This document shows, piece after piece, positions 36,601 to 50,923 of a DNA stretch of 64,000 bases; the stretch's first letter is position 1, and each line of letters starts with the position of its first letter. This DNA is from Lophium mytilinum (lineage: Eukaryota), in the NCBI GenBank assembly GCA_010093605.1, contig MU004181.1:1612001-1676000 (forward strand), read 5' to 3'. Position numbers and translations under genes: made by a program. Below the pieces are notes generated by a model, which saw only the letters and a program-made list of their open reading frames with translations, was not told where the DNA came from and did not search any database.

Positions 36601-39600
36601 GAGGATCTGGTTCCCAAACTCCAGGTTGTTCGTACGCAATGTCAGGCGCTTATCAGCGCGTTTAGAGACGCCCACGTTACAAGTCTGCCACACCTCGCCG
36701 TGGTTGTGCAGGGCGATCCGGGCGCTAGCGTGTATGCCTTCTCCGTCCTTGATGGCGAGAAGCTTATCGGAGTGCAATTTGACAAGGCTAAGAAGGCGAT
36801 GACTCCTGCCCAGCGCTTGGTGTCCTTGACCAATCTAGAGACCCTCAGACTGGATGTGGAAAGCTCCCTCAATGAAATCAAGGATATCAAAGAGAGCCGC
36901 GACATTCGCATCAAATCAGCGGCTGCAGGTGCCCTTGTAGCACTGAACCAAGCGCCAAAGAAGCCGGCCCTGGCCATTAAGGCCATTATGGATAGCATCA
37001 AGAAGGAGGAAAATGCCGAGCTTCAGAGACGCTCTGCTGCTGCGGTGGCTGCGTTGATCAATCATCTTGTGGAAACTGGGAAGCTTACCATCGTCAACAA
37101 GGTCGTGGGCAACCTCGTCAAATTTTACTGCATGGAAACTGCAGAGACGCCGGAGTTCCATGCCAACGCGGGTATCGAAACGGGTATCCTGTCTCTCAAG
37201 AAAGAGGAGGACATCCGAGACCATCCGGATGCCGCCAAGTTCGAACAAGATGCTCGTGCAGCCCGCATTCAGAAGCGTGGAGCCAGGGAATCCCTCGAGC
37301 TGCTAGTAGAAATATTTGGCAGTGGGATCTTCGAGAAAATCCCCAAGCTTCGTGAACTAATCCAGAATCCTATTGAAAAAGCATACGAGCGCGAAGCGTT
37401 GCCTACCGACATCCTCGAACCAGACAATAGCTTCGGGCAGGAGGTTATCGATGCATTATCGACACTGCGAGCTCTGGTTGGCAAATTCCATCCTGATGTC
37501 CTGGACTTCGTCAAGAACCTCCTACCTCTCATTGCCAAGGCTCTGCAATCTCGGCTGTACGTGCTTAGGTATGCAGCAGCCAAATGCTTTGCTACGATCT
37601 GCAGCGTTATGACCATCGATGGTATCACTATGCTGGTAGAGAAGGTTCTCCCATCTATCAGCAATCCTATCGACGTGCACTACCGACAAGGAGCCGTGGA
37701 ATGCATTTACCACTTGATACATGTCATGGAGGATAGTATCCTGCCGTATGTCATTTTCCTAATTGTTCCGGTGCTTGGTCGGATGAGCGATTCAGACAAC
37801 GACGTGCGCCTCCTTGCGACCACGAGCTTTGCAACTTTAGTCAAGCTTGTTCCTCTTGAGGCTGGTATACCCGATCCGCCTGGGCTATCGCCAAAGTTAC
37901 TTGAGGGCCGGGATCGGGAACGTAAATTCATCGCACAGATGCTCGACGCGAAGAAGGTCGAGCCTTTCGAGATACCCGTTGCGATCAAAGCTACTCTTCG
38001 TTCGTACCAGCAAGATGGCGTCAACTGGCTTGCATTTCTCAATCGCTACCACCTTCACGGCATCCTGTGTGATGATATGGGTCTAGGCAAGACACTTCAA
38101 ACTTTGTGCATAGTTGCCAGCGATCACCACCTACGAGCAGAAGAATATGCCAAGACTCAGGCTCCTGATGTCCGCCGCATGCCCTCCCTTATTGTTTGCC
38201 CTCCCACGCTTTCTGGTCACTGGCAGCAGGAAATCCGACAGTTTGCGCCGTTCCTCACCGCTGTGGCATACGTCGGCCCCCCTAACGAGCGGTCGAAGCA
38301 CATTGAGAAGCTCGGCCAAGCCGATGTTGTCATCACTTCCTACGACATTTGCCGCAACGACATAGATATCCTTGCGCCGCTGAATTTCAACTACTGCATC
38401 CTAGACGAGGGCCATCTAATCAAGAACGCCAAAGCAAAGACGACCTTGGCCGTTAAACAGCTGAACTCTAATCATCGCCTTATTCTGTCCGGTACTCCGA
38501 TCCAGAATAACGTCCTTGAGCTCTGGTCTCTTTTCGATTTCTTGATGCCAGGCTTCCTCGGCACTGAGAAAGTCTTCCAAGATCGCTTCGCCAAACCCAT
38601 CGCAGCGTCTCGTTTCTCCAAATCTAGTTCGAAAGAGCAAGAAGCTGGTGCACTTGCTATAGAGGCGCTGCACAAGCAGGTCCTACCTTTCTTGCTGCGT
38701 CGTCTCAAAGAAGAAGTGTTGGATGATCTGCCACCCAAGATCCTTCAAAATTACTACTGCGATCTTTCCGACCTGCAACGGAAGCTCTTCGAAGACTTCA
38801 CCAAAAAAGAAGGCAAGGCTCTTGCCGAGAAGGCTTCTGGTGAAGACAAGGAGAGCAAACAGCACATCTTCCAAGCCCTTCAATACATGCGCAAGCTTTG
38901 CAATTCCCCCGCTCTTGTCATGAAACCGGGACATAAGCAGTGGGACACTACACAGAATTTCTTGAAGAGTCATGACACTGACATTCGGGATATCGCTCAC
39001 GCACCGAAGCTCACAGCTCTCAAGGATCTCTTGGTAGACTGTGGCATCGGCACCGAAAGCGCCAGCACCAGTAACGGAAATGCAGGTGCTATGCCTGGCG
39101 ACCTCCCTGAAGCCGTGTCTCAGCACCGCGCGCTTATCTTCTGCCAAATGAAGGAAATGCTGGATATGGTGCAGGTTGAGGTGTTGAATAAGCTGCTACC
39201 ATCGGTGCAGTACATGAGACTTGACGGCAGCGTCGAAGCCTCCAAACGCCAGGACATTGTCAACAAATTCAACTCCGACCCCTCCTACGACGTCCTACTC
39301 TTGACAACTAGCGTTGGCGGTCTCGGACTAAACCTCACAGGAGCCGATACCGTCATCTTCGTGGAGCATGACTGGAACCCGCAAAAGGATATCCAGGCCA
39401 TGGACCGCGCTCATCGCATCGGTCAGAAGAAAGTCGTCAACGTCTACCGCATCGTCACGCGCGGCACCTTGGAGGAGAAAATCCTAAAGTACGTAGCCCC
39501 CTTCCCATCCCCCATTCATATACCTATCTCTTCACAACACGTATACTAACATGCCATCCCACAGCCTCCAACGCTTCAAAATCGACGTGGCGAGTACAGT

Positions 39601-39865
39601 TGTTAACCAGCAAAACGCCGGCCTGGGCACCATGGAAACGGGCGAGATCCTGGACCTCTTCAGCCTGTCGACCGACGCCAACGAGGGCGTGCCGGCGCTG
39701 CCCGGCGAGAACGCCATTAGTGAGGAGGATGCGGTGGATGCGACGGGTGAGCTGCGCGAGAAGGGCAAGAAGGGCTTCTTGGATGAGCTGGGCGAGCTGT
39801 GGGATGAGAACCAGTACGAAGAGCAGTTCGACCTGGATGGCTTCCTTAAGACTATGAAAGGGTAG
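33685..39865 (+). CDS. MOT1: TBP-associated Snf2-family ATPase Mot1/BTAF1
   Basis: MASSGTRLDRLVTLLETGS from exons 33685-33695, 33753-33779 and 34020 onward; HEAT region; DDMGLGKT, DEGH, SGTP, QAMDRAHRIGQ; last intron 39489-39564. Confidence 0.97.
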
Positions 39866-41127
39866 TAGGAGCAGCGGGAGGCAAAGCTAGCGTGGACGTG
39901 TGCGGAGATGGGGGATAAGAGAGCGTTGGCTCTGGATCCATCTTTCTTCTGGACGGAATACGCTTTTACTCCCCACCTACCTATGAACCTGGTCCGCCCG
40001 ATTACATTCACATACTTCACTTTAACGGACTTTTCGGCGTATCAGGCGGGGAAAAACTTCACGGGGGAGGGAAGCTGGGAGCTTGGGGTTGGGCCATGGG
40101 TTTTTGTACCTTGCGTTTTTCTGCATCGATTGCTTGAGCGTGGTGTTACGGATTGGGGGCCCTATTTGAGCATTTAGGCTCGAGGTATTGAGAAGAGGGG
40201 TGGGAACCTCGGGATTCTGCTCTCTCTTTCGGCTTCGCTCTGGATAGGTAGATGTATGCATCAGTGGGTTCGAGTTGAGCCCATGAGCTGCCTAGGTAGC
40301 AGCGCTTCAAAGCGACCAAGTTTGTTTATATATGGCTACTTTGTCAGTATCTTATCGTGACGCTTATGTTGCGCGTAGCAGATGACGAAAAGGAGCTGCT
40401 GGGATGAATGGTTGCGAGAGGAGAGGTGTGCTTGTCTTGTCTTGCTGTTCTATGATTGGATCCCCCCTGTCGATGGCGTAAGTTGGAAGACGCCTTTCCC
40501 GCAGCAGTGTTTTGGCGAACAGAGAAAGATCAGCCATTGAACCGGTTAAGGGACAGCAGTGAAATAAATGGGCCCAGCTAGCAAATCAGATTCAGGGGTG
40601 TGCCTTCTCGACATGGGAGTCCATCAAGTAAAGTAGTCCACCAAATAAAAAAGCGTATCAGATTCAGGTTAGATGATAGGTCTCAAAAGATATTAGACCC
40701 ATGAGAGAGAGCATTAGAGGTAGAACAAACAAGAACGAGTTCTTCAAGGCTAGAAAAAAAGTAGTTATATTTCCTCAACTGCTAATTGATTGCCTTCCGC
40801 GCCATCTCAGGCCCTCCTCCAGATACCAAAGGGGTTCAAGCATCTGAAGAAAAAAAGGAGATTTAAATGGAGACCACACAATAGAAGAAGAAAGGATTTA
40901 ATCTTTTCTTTTTCACCGCCAAAAGTTTTCAAACTGTGCGACTCAGATTCCGTCCTGCCGTCGCCCGCCGCTGCTATGATCCACCGAATATACCATTTTT
41001 ATGTAAAGGGGGGGTTGTGGGACACCGAAAGTTGGTTACCAAACGCCTCGCTTTCAGAGAGTCAATCCTGTACCTGTTGCAGTGGGTAGAGCGGAAGGAC
41101 TTAAGCTCGTAGTGGAGCTTGCTGTGG

Positions 41128-42514
41128 CTATGAGCCCAGGCTGGGGAACGCCGTGGTGTCCGAGAGGTTGACAGCAGCGGACTGGCCACCGCGGCCGCCT
41201 CTGCCACCACGGAAGTCGCCACGTCCCTCGCCGCGACCGCGTCCACCACCTCGTCCGCGTCCCTCGCCTCGGAAGCCGCCCTCGCCACGACCACGGCCAC
41301 CACGACCACCGCGTCCGCCGCGGAAAGAGTCGCTGGGCTCCTTGTGGAGGCGCTCGTTGTCGAGCTCGACAATAGTCTTCTCCTTGCGCTGGCGCTCGCG
41401 CTTGGCCTTGCCGCCGGAACCGGCCACGTATTCCTCCTCTTCCTCCTTGGTGAGGGGCTTGCCTTCGGGGAACTTCTTCGTGCTGCCTTCGTTGGCCTTG
41501 CGCACCTCGGGGGATCCAAGGTTGAGCTTCTTCTCCGCCTGCTCGGCGAGCCACGCCGTGTACGACTTGGTCTTGTCCTCCTCAGGCTCCTCGGCAGGTG
41601 CGGCGGCTTCAGCGCCAGCGTTCTCGTGGGCGAAGGGGTCGGCGGGCTGAGCGTCGGCGTTCCAGGCTTGGTCGGATGATACGACGCCCTCGGCCTTCTC
41701 CTCCTCCTTGGCAATAGCTTCGCCAGCCTTCTCGTCGGCCCATTCATCGCCGCCGGTCTGGCCACCCCAGCCGTGGGCAGTCTGCTTGTCGTGCTCACTG
41801 CGAGATGAAACGTTAGCGTACCCTCTGGATAAGTTATGGCGAGATACATACGCTATGCCGGTTCGGCTGTGACGGTCTCCATTACCGCCGCGACCGCGTC
41901 CACCACGGCCACGTCCACCGCGGCCACGATATCCAGACTCGCCAGATTCTATTGATGTTTAGCGATTGATGCAGGGATGAGGGCGCTGATATAAGGTACC
42001 TCCAGATGCCCTGCTGCGGTTCTGGTTGCCGTCACCTCCTCGATTCCGGAAACCTGTAAACCAAGCATGTCAGCGAGAGTTCTCGCACGACCTTTCGAGG
42101 CCATTGTTTCTTTTATTGAGCTGCCAAGGCGGTCTCCCAGCACGTACCTCCATCATTGGAGCCTCCTCGGCTGGCGCGGGCGTCACGGACAGGCGGTTCA
42201 GCGGGCGTGTTGCGCTTGCCGGCTCTCGCGACAGGCTTCTCAATTGCCTTGGCTGGTGGATCGGGGGCTCTGTCGGGGTCGAGCTCGGGGTCGTTCCCTA
42301 CAAACGAGACGTGTCAGATGGAGCTGCGAGATGGAGCTGCGGTCCAGTGTGATGGTGAAATGTACCTAGGAGCTCGAACAGGTTCTGCAGCGCGGATCGT
42401 CAGTACCAATGCGTCTTGAGAGGGTGGTAGATGAGCTCTGTGATGCTCAATGGCGGCAGCAACGGCTGCGAGACCATGGGGGCGTGGACTGACCTTGGAT
42501 GCGATGCCCGACAT
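41128..42514 (-). CDS. STM1: Stm1-like ribosome/G4-binding protein with RGG boxes, multi-exon
   Basis: MSGIASK-NLFELLG N terminus, DRHSRTG, GWG, RGG repeats, C-terminal DTTAFPSLG. Confidence 0.85.
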
Positions 42515-43524
42515 GGTGGTGGAGTTCAAGCGCCTTCCGCGCTCTGCCCTCTAGTCGCGCAATCTGGACGGGCTCGTCGTTGGTGAGCGAGAGCTGATCC
42601 TAGGAGATAGGATCGGAACTCTCAAGGACGGAAGATGGGTGCAGGTAGTGATGGCGATGGGGAGCGTCTTGGTGGTGAAGCCGCGGTGAGCAAATTCATT
42701 TGTGGACGGGCCTCCTGCCGTCGCTTAGACTGGTTCTCTTTGTCCTGGGCGGCCTGCAGCGTCGCTCCTCCAGCCCTCTAGCCACAGCGCCCCGCCTCTA
42801 TGACGACTGGCGTTTTGCCAGAATCGAGGACTGGCTTGCAGCAGGCGAGGCAAACTTAAAAGATGAAGCTGATGGCCGCCGGGTCTGCGAAGTATCACCT
42901 GCATACCTAACCTAAGGAAGCAGCGGTAGACGCCATCTCACTGCTGGAGCCACTGATCTCAAGACGACAAGGTGGCTTCGATGTAAAATGTAGGGATATT
43001 GCTCCTAGCTATACGCTCATGCACCGCCTCAATGCTTGAGTATTCTAAGCATTATGCTACAAGGAAACGGCTTCACGTCTTATGCACAGTCACAGTGGTC
43101 GTACAGGTTCACGTCACAGTGCTGTAGCCTCTTCGGAACTCGGCTCGTTGCTTTTGTCTGATTTAGGATGTCTGCAACAGAGCTGCCTGCAGTCTTCCTG
43201 ACCGTGTCCGTCTCGATCCCGATCGGTACAGTCCTCGACTGCTCTGACTACTGCAAGAAACAAAACCAAGCAACATGCCAGTCTCATGCAGTACGCTTTC
43301 TCTAAGATGCCTTCAAATCCACGTAACTTTTCTCGAGCTACTTCCGGGCTGCCGAACCCTTCAAGAGACACTGTGCCGCCCCCGTGTCACGTCCGGAACG
43401 CCTGCTTGGTCAAGGGCCGTCGCCATCCGAACGCCCGCTGGAATTGCAAAAGAAACAGAAATCAGCAACTCATCAGACAAAAGTGGTCATCCTGCCACAT
43501 CGCTCATCACAATCCTTCTCTTGC

Positions 43525-45176
43525 TCACCTCGACTCATACGTGAACTGAGTCGGGAAGTGCATGCTTGCCGATAAGCCGAATGGATCGGCGTCCAGCATC
43601 GGGTCGTAAGGGTCGAAGAGGTGGTTCATGGTGCCGAACACGGCGCCGGCACCATTCGCATCAGCGGGTTGCATCGCGGTCGGGGACTGGTACGGCTGGT
43701 TCGGGGGGTTCTGGGCAGCGTTCTGCATCGGGGGCTGCATGCTTTGCTGCTGCATTTGCGTCGTCGGCGGGAACGTTTGCGGGAAGGGGCCGGGGCCCGC
43801 GGATTGATCGCTGGGATCTTGGTCGTCGAGCATATCGGCTTGCTCGTCGTACTCTTGCTCTGTACTCACGGAATCAATCTAGGACGAACATAGTTCTATG
43901 CCTAAGCGGGAAAGGAGGGGGCGGGTCAGCTTGCCGAGTTGATCCATATGACTCCTGAATGGAGACGTGTAGTAGGCGGGCGGGCCGCCGCTGGCACTAC
44001 CTGTCATCGCACTCCCTGCTCCACTGCCAACAGTGGACGCACTTGAAAGACCGCTCGACGGAGCGTGGTTGGTGATGACCGAAGGGCGCTGCGGGGCCAG
44101 CAACGGTGTATACTGGGACCTAGGCGGCTGTTGGGGCCGCAAAAGCTGCTGCTGAGGACCTACCGGGCCAAAGTTGGGCGAGATGGCGCTGCCAATTTGT
44201 GGCACAAAGTTTGGGGATCGAGTCGCGGTAGTGGACGGGGAGGACATGTGCGAGCTGGGGGTGGGCTGCGACAGTGGTGAACGGTTGGGAAGAGCACCAT
44301 CGGGCTGAAGTACTGGCAGACCATGCACACCTTCTGGCTTCTGTGACACGCCAGACGCGCCAATTGAGCGGCGAGCTGCTTGTTGGTGTCTGTTCATCAT
44401 GGCACGCTGGATTGGGGGCTGGTTAGGAGAGGCCGTGGTCGATGCAGGCGCTCGAGTCGGGCCCAGATTGGGGCTGCTCGTCTTTGCGCGCAGCTCAGCC
44501 TGCACATCGATGCCTGCGGAGGTATTAGACGCGTCTATAAAATAGAGTAGTGAAATAGAGCAGTGATTTAGGACATAGTTTGACAAGGGCGGCCAAGAAT
44601 AGCTTGAGGGTAGGGCGACTGAGAATGGCCGGGGCATAGGGTTGAGATCCCCATTCAAGCACGTAATGAAGCATGCTTGAGCATGGATTGAAGCACGTAA
44701 TGAGAGCTGGCTAAAGAGTAATGGCTGATGCTTACCTTTCTCGAGCAAGATCCTCTCGAGGAGCGAGTTCTTGTAGCGCAGCATCAGGCACTCATCGGCG
44801 GCGCTGCGGTGGCTCTGCTGGAGGTTCTGCAGCGCGTCCTCATGGTGCTTGATAGTCGTCTCGAGCTGCTTGATGTACTCGGTGCGGCGCTCTCGAAAAG
44901 CAGCCTGAGCCTGGCGGTTGCGCTGCTTGCGCTCCTCAGAGGTGGCATAGATCTTGCGACGCTTGGTTAGTGACATGATGGACATTGTGGGCTGCGCAGA
45001 TGTGCAATGTTGCTCACTGGCTTGCGGCCGCCCTTGCGCTTCTGCGTCTGGGGGTTCTCCTGGGTATATGTCTCGGCCTCTGGCTCAGGCGACGAGGCTC
45101 CGCTGCTGGTCGAACCATCGCGCGAGGCCTCAATCTTGCCCACGGGCGTCATATCTGTTACGCTACTATCTCCCAT
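43525..45176 (-). CDS. bZIP transcription factor
   Basis: KRKGGRKP|IYATSEERKQRNRQAQAAFRERRTEYIKQLE basic region and zipper; C-terminal DPMLDADPFGLSASMHFPT; several introns. The last exon boundary is uncertain. Confidence 0.9.
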
Positions 45177-46613
45177 CTGCAGGTACCCCTCACTGCCCCT
45201 CTGGAGGAGAGGTGCGGGCGCCAAGGTCGACGATAGACGCGAGCGAGTGCTGAGGCTGTGGCCTAAGCGCGCTCTGAGTGTCCCGGTAGGCGGGTAGTTG
45301 TGCAAAGTGTGTGTGCAGGTTTCTGATAATGAGAGATAACAAATGCGCACAGCACGAGGTGCTGGGTGGACGGGCAGTTGGCGTGAGGTAAGCTGTTGGC
45401 TAATGGAAACAGGAGAGTAGAGAAGAGCGAGGTCATGGAGATTTCAAATAGCACGGGCGGCGCTCCCCCGCTTGCACCTTCTGCGTGCCAGCTGTCTGTT
45501 CGTTCGTCTGGCCTGCTGGGGAGCCACGACGGCAACCGAGAAGCAGGCGACAGCGAGCCTGTGGTTGGAGAGGTCCACAGAGGGGCCGCTTGGCTGTGAA
45601 AATTTGACCAGCGTGCTCCAAACAGCGCCTCGCCAGCCTCGAACAGGCGAGCGCTGCCGATGGGACCTGTTTGCTGCTTGGGGCTAGCGGGAGAGCGCCG
45701 TTGCCATCTCCGCATCTCCTCGGTAGCCTCCGTGTTTAGTACGGTGGTCCATAGATATCTAGATATCTACAGGCTTCCCGGTCTTCCATGTATAGAGACC
45801 TCCCCATCCCAACTTATGGTTAGTATGAGACATGTTCAATTCTACAGTATCATGACCACACGTGTGCCGAATTTATGCCTGTGTAGAGGCGGCAGAGAGG
45901 GCGAGGCGGTCTGGAGTCCACGCTTGCGCCGTGGTTTGCGTGCTTTTTCCAGCCCATGCCGAAGTCGGCAAGTCACGTGCCCTCAAAACCCCGATCGATC
46001 GGTAAATCCAGCCCGACTATATCCCCGACTGCGACAGCGGATGCCTTCTCACGGCTCACCTTTGTCACTCCCGTCGTCTGGAGAGCGGCCGAGGCCGAAG
46101 CAGCAGCTAGCGACGGGAATGCCGTCTCTTTAAGTCCTCTTGTCTCGTCCCCGGATTGGCTGAGCAAAAGCAACGTGGTGTCTCGGACAACTCCTCCAGC
46201 CGCAATCATGGTGCTTGGCGCATGAACATGCAGCCATATTAGATCCAGACCATTCGCGGGCAGATCTCCAGAGCTGTTAGTCGCGTCCTGTGCCTAGACG
46301 GAGAAGAGGCATCGCAACGACCACCGCCAGGCTCTGCTGATACACGGTCCGCGGCATGCCGCGGCGCTCTCTTCTCCTTGCATCCACCAAGAAGGTAAAG
46401 CCAACGGCCAATTGAGCCATCAGGGACGCGTATCTCTATGCCGTCTTGTGAAGAGCTGCACACCTGACATGCGGCGAGTGGGCGAGCTGATGGTCAGGCG
46501 ACTGCATCGTGAGCCTCAAGTGGATCGCAGCTCTGGCCACTGCAATAGCGTCATGGTCGAGAAGACGACCAGACCAACTCCGTCCCCGAAAGTTCCTAGC
46601 GAACTCTCCAGAG

Positions 46614-46668
46614 GCGTAGGCGAATAGGGTGAGTAGACAGCGTAGGCAAATACGGTGAGTAGACAGCG
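46614..46668. repeat. Tandem duplication of a 26-bp unit
   Basis: GCGTAGGC(G/A)AATA(G/C)GGTGAGTAGACA twice, plus GCG. Confidence 0.8.
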
Positions 46669-47161
46669 AACGGTGGCCTGTCTCTCGGCATGCTACAAGA
46701 CGAGATGTAGAATTTGGATAAGCTACTTATGCCGGTTGTATGCATGAAGCGCTGGTGAGGATGTTAGCATTCTTCTTGAGAAGGAACGCTCTCCTACTTC
46801 CACTCCGCCTGCATATGCCTGTACGCATCTGTTCCTTCCTGTCTTCAACTTCCTCACGACCGCCGCATCTCATTCATGTCTGAACAACGCAATGCCACCA
46901 CCCGAGCGACTGAACATTCGAGCCTTCAGCCAAGCTACTTCAGCTACGTAACATGCCTGGCTGTCGCCAATGGTTTTCTCTCTTTTTCCCGCTGTAACAA
47001 ATCTCCAACGCCCTTCTCCAATTGTCCCCATGAAGCACGTCTAATGTGCTTTACTTAGTTGACGTCCAACCCGCTCGTTCGCGTCGCCAGCTTCGGCCTT
47101 CTCCAACCGAACAAAGCAATCACGGGTAATCGCATTACACAGCTGCAAGATTGCGGGTCCG

Positions 47162-49871
47162 ATGCTAAAATTTCCAGGCACACCCGACGAACCTGCTCCA
47201 GAGCCTCGCAAATCAGTGGACAGCATCAAACCTCAGTCGCCAATCCCGCTGCCCCCTCATACGCCTCGCAAAGACATGCCCAGTGTCACACTCGGTGTCA
47301 CCAATCAGATGAACGCTCCGCTCTGGTCCACCAAAGCACGTCCACTATCTGATATCCGAGAACTCACCGAGCCAAGCTTGGTTGAGATCCCTCGAAAGCC
47401 TTTGCCTGAATCGAGTATCGTGCGGAAAACATCCTTGTCCCGAAATCAATCAGTGAGATCAGTGAGATCAGTTAGATCAAATCGGCGTCCCAGCACAGAC
47501 AGCCACTCAGCTGAAAATCGGAAACCAGACGCAAAAGAGGCTGAGAATAGAGGGCAAGAGAGTGTCGGATCAGCGAACAGGGGAAGAGCATCACCTCAAT
47601 CCCCTCCACTCGGTGCCGACAACACATATTCAAGTGTCTATAGCATCCCTCGTAGCAGTGTTCCACCTCGCTCATCTTCCCAACCCCGACGAAGCACTTC
47701 TCGCCGAAGACAAAACCCAGCCCTGACCGAGTCTCCCGCGATACGCGGCACACCGTCAATTCCTGCACTACCGCCTCCTCGAGAGTCGGGCAATACTATA
47801 CCTGCACGAGGCCACACGAACTCGCCCGTCCGACAGATTGCCGCGCGGCTCGATCCAGTGAGTTGCGACACTACGCGACGAGTTCCTTCGAGGACGTTCA
47901 TCCGAGAGCCATTGACAGCCGACGTTCTAGAGTTTCCTACCCACAGACACCCGCGGGTAGCACTTGAGTTGGAACTCTCCGCTGGGCTGTTCGTCGGAGG
48001 AAGCTGTGTTGAGGGCACAATCCAAATTACTGTGGACGATGCGGTGCGCGTACGGCATAGACGGCCACTCGATATTGCCCGCATATCAGTTGATCTAGTT
48101 GGGGTCGAAGAGATGACGGCGAACAGAAGAGCGACGTTCCTCAACCTTGCTACTGAGTTGATTGACTCGGAACATCCACCACCGTATAGCATGGTTGAAA
48201 GCCAGGAGCAGGTAGCGCATGACGACCCCTTCTGGCATCTAATCTCATCGACGACAAACGTTCCTTTCCTTTTGAGTTTGCCCCTGGACGTCGGGCCTCC
48301 ACCATTCCAGTCCAAATCTGCAAGAATTCGATATATGCTCTGCGTCACTCTACTGATTCGAGAGCAAATGAAACAATATGTTGTCCGGACTTCTGAGGAT
48401 ATCATGGTTCTTTCGGTCTATGATCGTAAGTTTCACGTGCTTTGATCTGACCTTAGCTTACTGATATTTTTGAATAGCTGAAAAGGCGTTGATGTCGCTA
48501 CCGAGTCCTCTGACTGCCTCGGACGAGTACTCGCGACCGCGGGATAGCAACATAGAAGGCATCAAGGTGACGGCAGGCTTACATCGCCAGGTCTGGGTCA
48601 GCGGAACCAGCATCTACGTTGACGTTCACGTCGCGAACAACAGCCGCAAAAACATCAAAAGAATCGAGCTGCAGCTGGAACGAGATATCCTCTGCTATAA
48701 GCACGTCTGTTTCAAGCTGTGTTCAGAACTGATCCACGCAAAATGCTAAATAATTTCGTGTAGGCTGCCGCATCAACAGCCGAAAAATCCGCAAGCCAAG
48801 CCCGAATATTCGACAGTAACGAGCGTTCCATACTCAGCAAGTCTTCTATTAAGCAAGGAACCGCCGGATGGAATGGCATTGCCGCCCACACAACTCATAT
48901 TCGAACTTGCGACTTGGAGTTGCCTCGTGGACATGCCACTGTGAAATGCGGTAAGCGACTTTCTAAGCTCCATAGTTGTTTATTATGATACTAAGACCAC
49001 TCAGGGAAGTTTTTCGAAGTTCGATACTTCCTCAACGTAATCGTCAGCAGCGCACATACGTAGGTCGTCTGCGCCCCTTGCTCCGAGTGAGGACTAAACT
49101 TTCATCAGGAAGCTTGTCACTGTCCAGTTACCAATCGTACTTATTCACATGGTGAGTTAACCTCAGTGTTTAGCGAGGACTATCGTCGCGCATACGCTAA
49201 CGAACGATAAGAACTCGCTAGATGTGGTCCCCAACTCAGTTGCCCAAGTCGCCGCGGCCATAGAGGAAAAGCGATACCACCAGAACTTCCCCAAGAATCA
49301 ACAGTCGCCGGGCCAACTAGAGAGACGGCCTTCGCACCATTCAGTCCAAGGCCGCGCGTGGAATGCTCCGCGAATGCAATCTCTCGAGCGGATGCGCAAG
49401 CAGGCCGAAGACATAGAAGAGCTCGGCCAGATTCTTGATAACTCTCCTCGGAAATTCGGAACGACCCGCCACGCGTTCAACTATCATACGCCGCCATCCA
49501 ACCGCAAAGGCCGTGTCCTTGAGGGCGGCGATGCTGAGGAGGTCAAGCGCAGACTGAGGCATGTGCGGAGCAGCGAGACAGTTGCAAGCAAGAAGACTGT
49601 CAAGCGGGGATTCTCGCTTCGCGGGAGGCGGACAGGTGCTGGGAGTGCACTAGGCTTCTTCCGAGAAGCCGAAGTCCGCGAGGATATGGACCTCGGGGGG
49701 GTAACCTTGGGTGGGGACGGGAGTTTCCAATCTCGGCTTGAGGCAGCGCGGGAGAGACAGTACCAATTCAAGAAGAAGAAAAGTGTCGAACGGTGGAAGG
49801 GTATGGGGTGGATCAAGGGCGGCGGTGGTGACAAGGACAAGGACAAGGACAAGCCCGAATCTTGGATATGA
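47162..49871 (+). CDS. Arrestin-fold protein with disordered N terminus, multi-exon
   Basis: LFVGGSCVEG..SVDLVGVEE, PFLLSLPLDVGPPPF..ARIRY, GLHRQVWVSG..VDVHVANNS, GKFFEVRYFL, VQLPI across short GT-AG introns. Confidence 0.8.
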
Positions 49872-50514
49872 GCAGCTAGGGTCGGCGCGGTCTGGTGCCG
49901 TTTTGGATGCGACTTAGTCATCCGGAGTCTGGGGTATATTTGCTCCCCTCACTAATTGAGTTTACTACTCGTCTTGGGCTTACGCGATTGGTTGTCCAGG
50001 TTTGTCGTTGGAGTCTGCCGTGGGAATGTTAGAGAGGTATGTCAGCCACGTATTGCTAGCACCACATTACGTAGTTCGGTTGGGACTGGTACGAAGAAGT
50101 TGCAAACTTAGCTTCTTCTATGCTCTATCGTTCTATCAAAGTTCACAATGTTCTGCCGATCCTAGATCTCGGCCCAATTATGCATCGGACCTAAAGCGGA
50201 TAGCCCGCCAAGCCTGTGCTGATCTCCGTATGACGCCCGGCATCACGACAAGTCCGCTCGCAATTTAGACTACATGTTCTGAGGCCGCCGAGACACGTCT
50301 GACCGGACTCCGCGCAGTCCCAGCGTCGAAGCAATCTATCCTCTCCGGATCCATCTAACGGACCATCGAAAAGACGACCCAAAAATGTAGTATAAAGACC
50401 ACCAATATCCCCAACAATCAAATCACCACCAGCTTCATTCACTACAATCAACAAACCAACTACACCAACACCACCCAACAAACCAACCCTCCAAGCCCCA
50501 ACCCTCAACCAAAA

Positions 50515-50923
50515 ATGTCTATCTCCGTACAAAGCAAAATCACCGTCGCGGCCGAGAACGGCCCCAAGTTCCTGACAGCGCTGAAGCCCGTCTTCGACAA
50601 CGTCGCGACCAACCCCGCCTGCACCTACAGCGAGGTGTTCCAGGACACGCAGAACCCGGGTACCTTCCGCTTCATCCAGAACTGGAACTGCACTAAGGAG
50701 GACCTGAAGGAGGTAAATGATTAGCACCCCTCTATGTAGCCGGAATGCGAGCAAGCGAGCTGATATTAATGCGATTTGCTAGAACCAACTCAAGAAGGAC
50801 TACTACCAGGACTTCCTTTCTACGACTGAGCCGCTGTATGTCAAGCCCCGCGAGCTTGAGGTTTGGGACCGCCTGCCCGGCCATGAGTACGTCCGCGCGA
50901 AGAAGGAGAACTTCATGGACTAG
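50515..50923 (+). CDS. Small ABM (dimeric alpha-beta barrel) protein
   Basis: Intron 50713-50782; EVFQD..NPGTFRFIQNW..QLKKDYYQDF pattern; biased codon use; TATAA upstream. Confidence 0.8.

Noticed and set aside
46614..46668. CRISPR-like repeat
   Set aside because: Two adjacent units with no spacers, in a eukaryotic genome.
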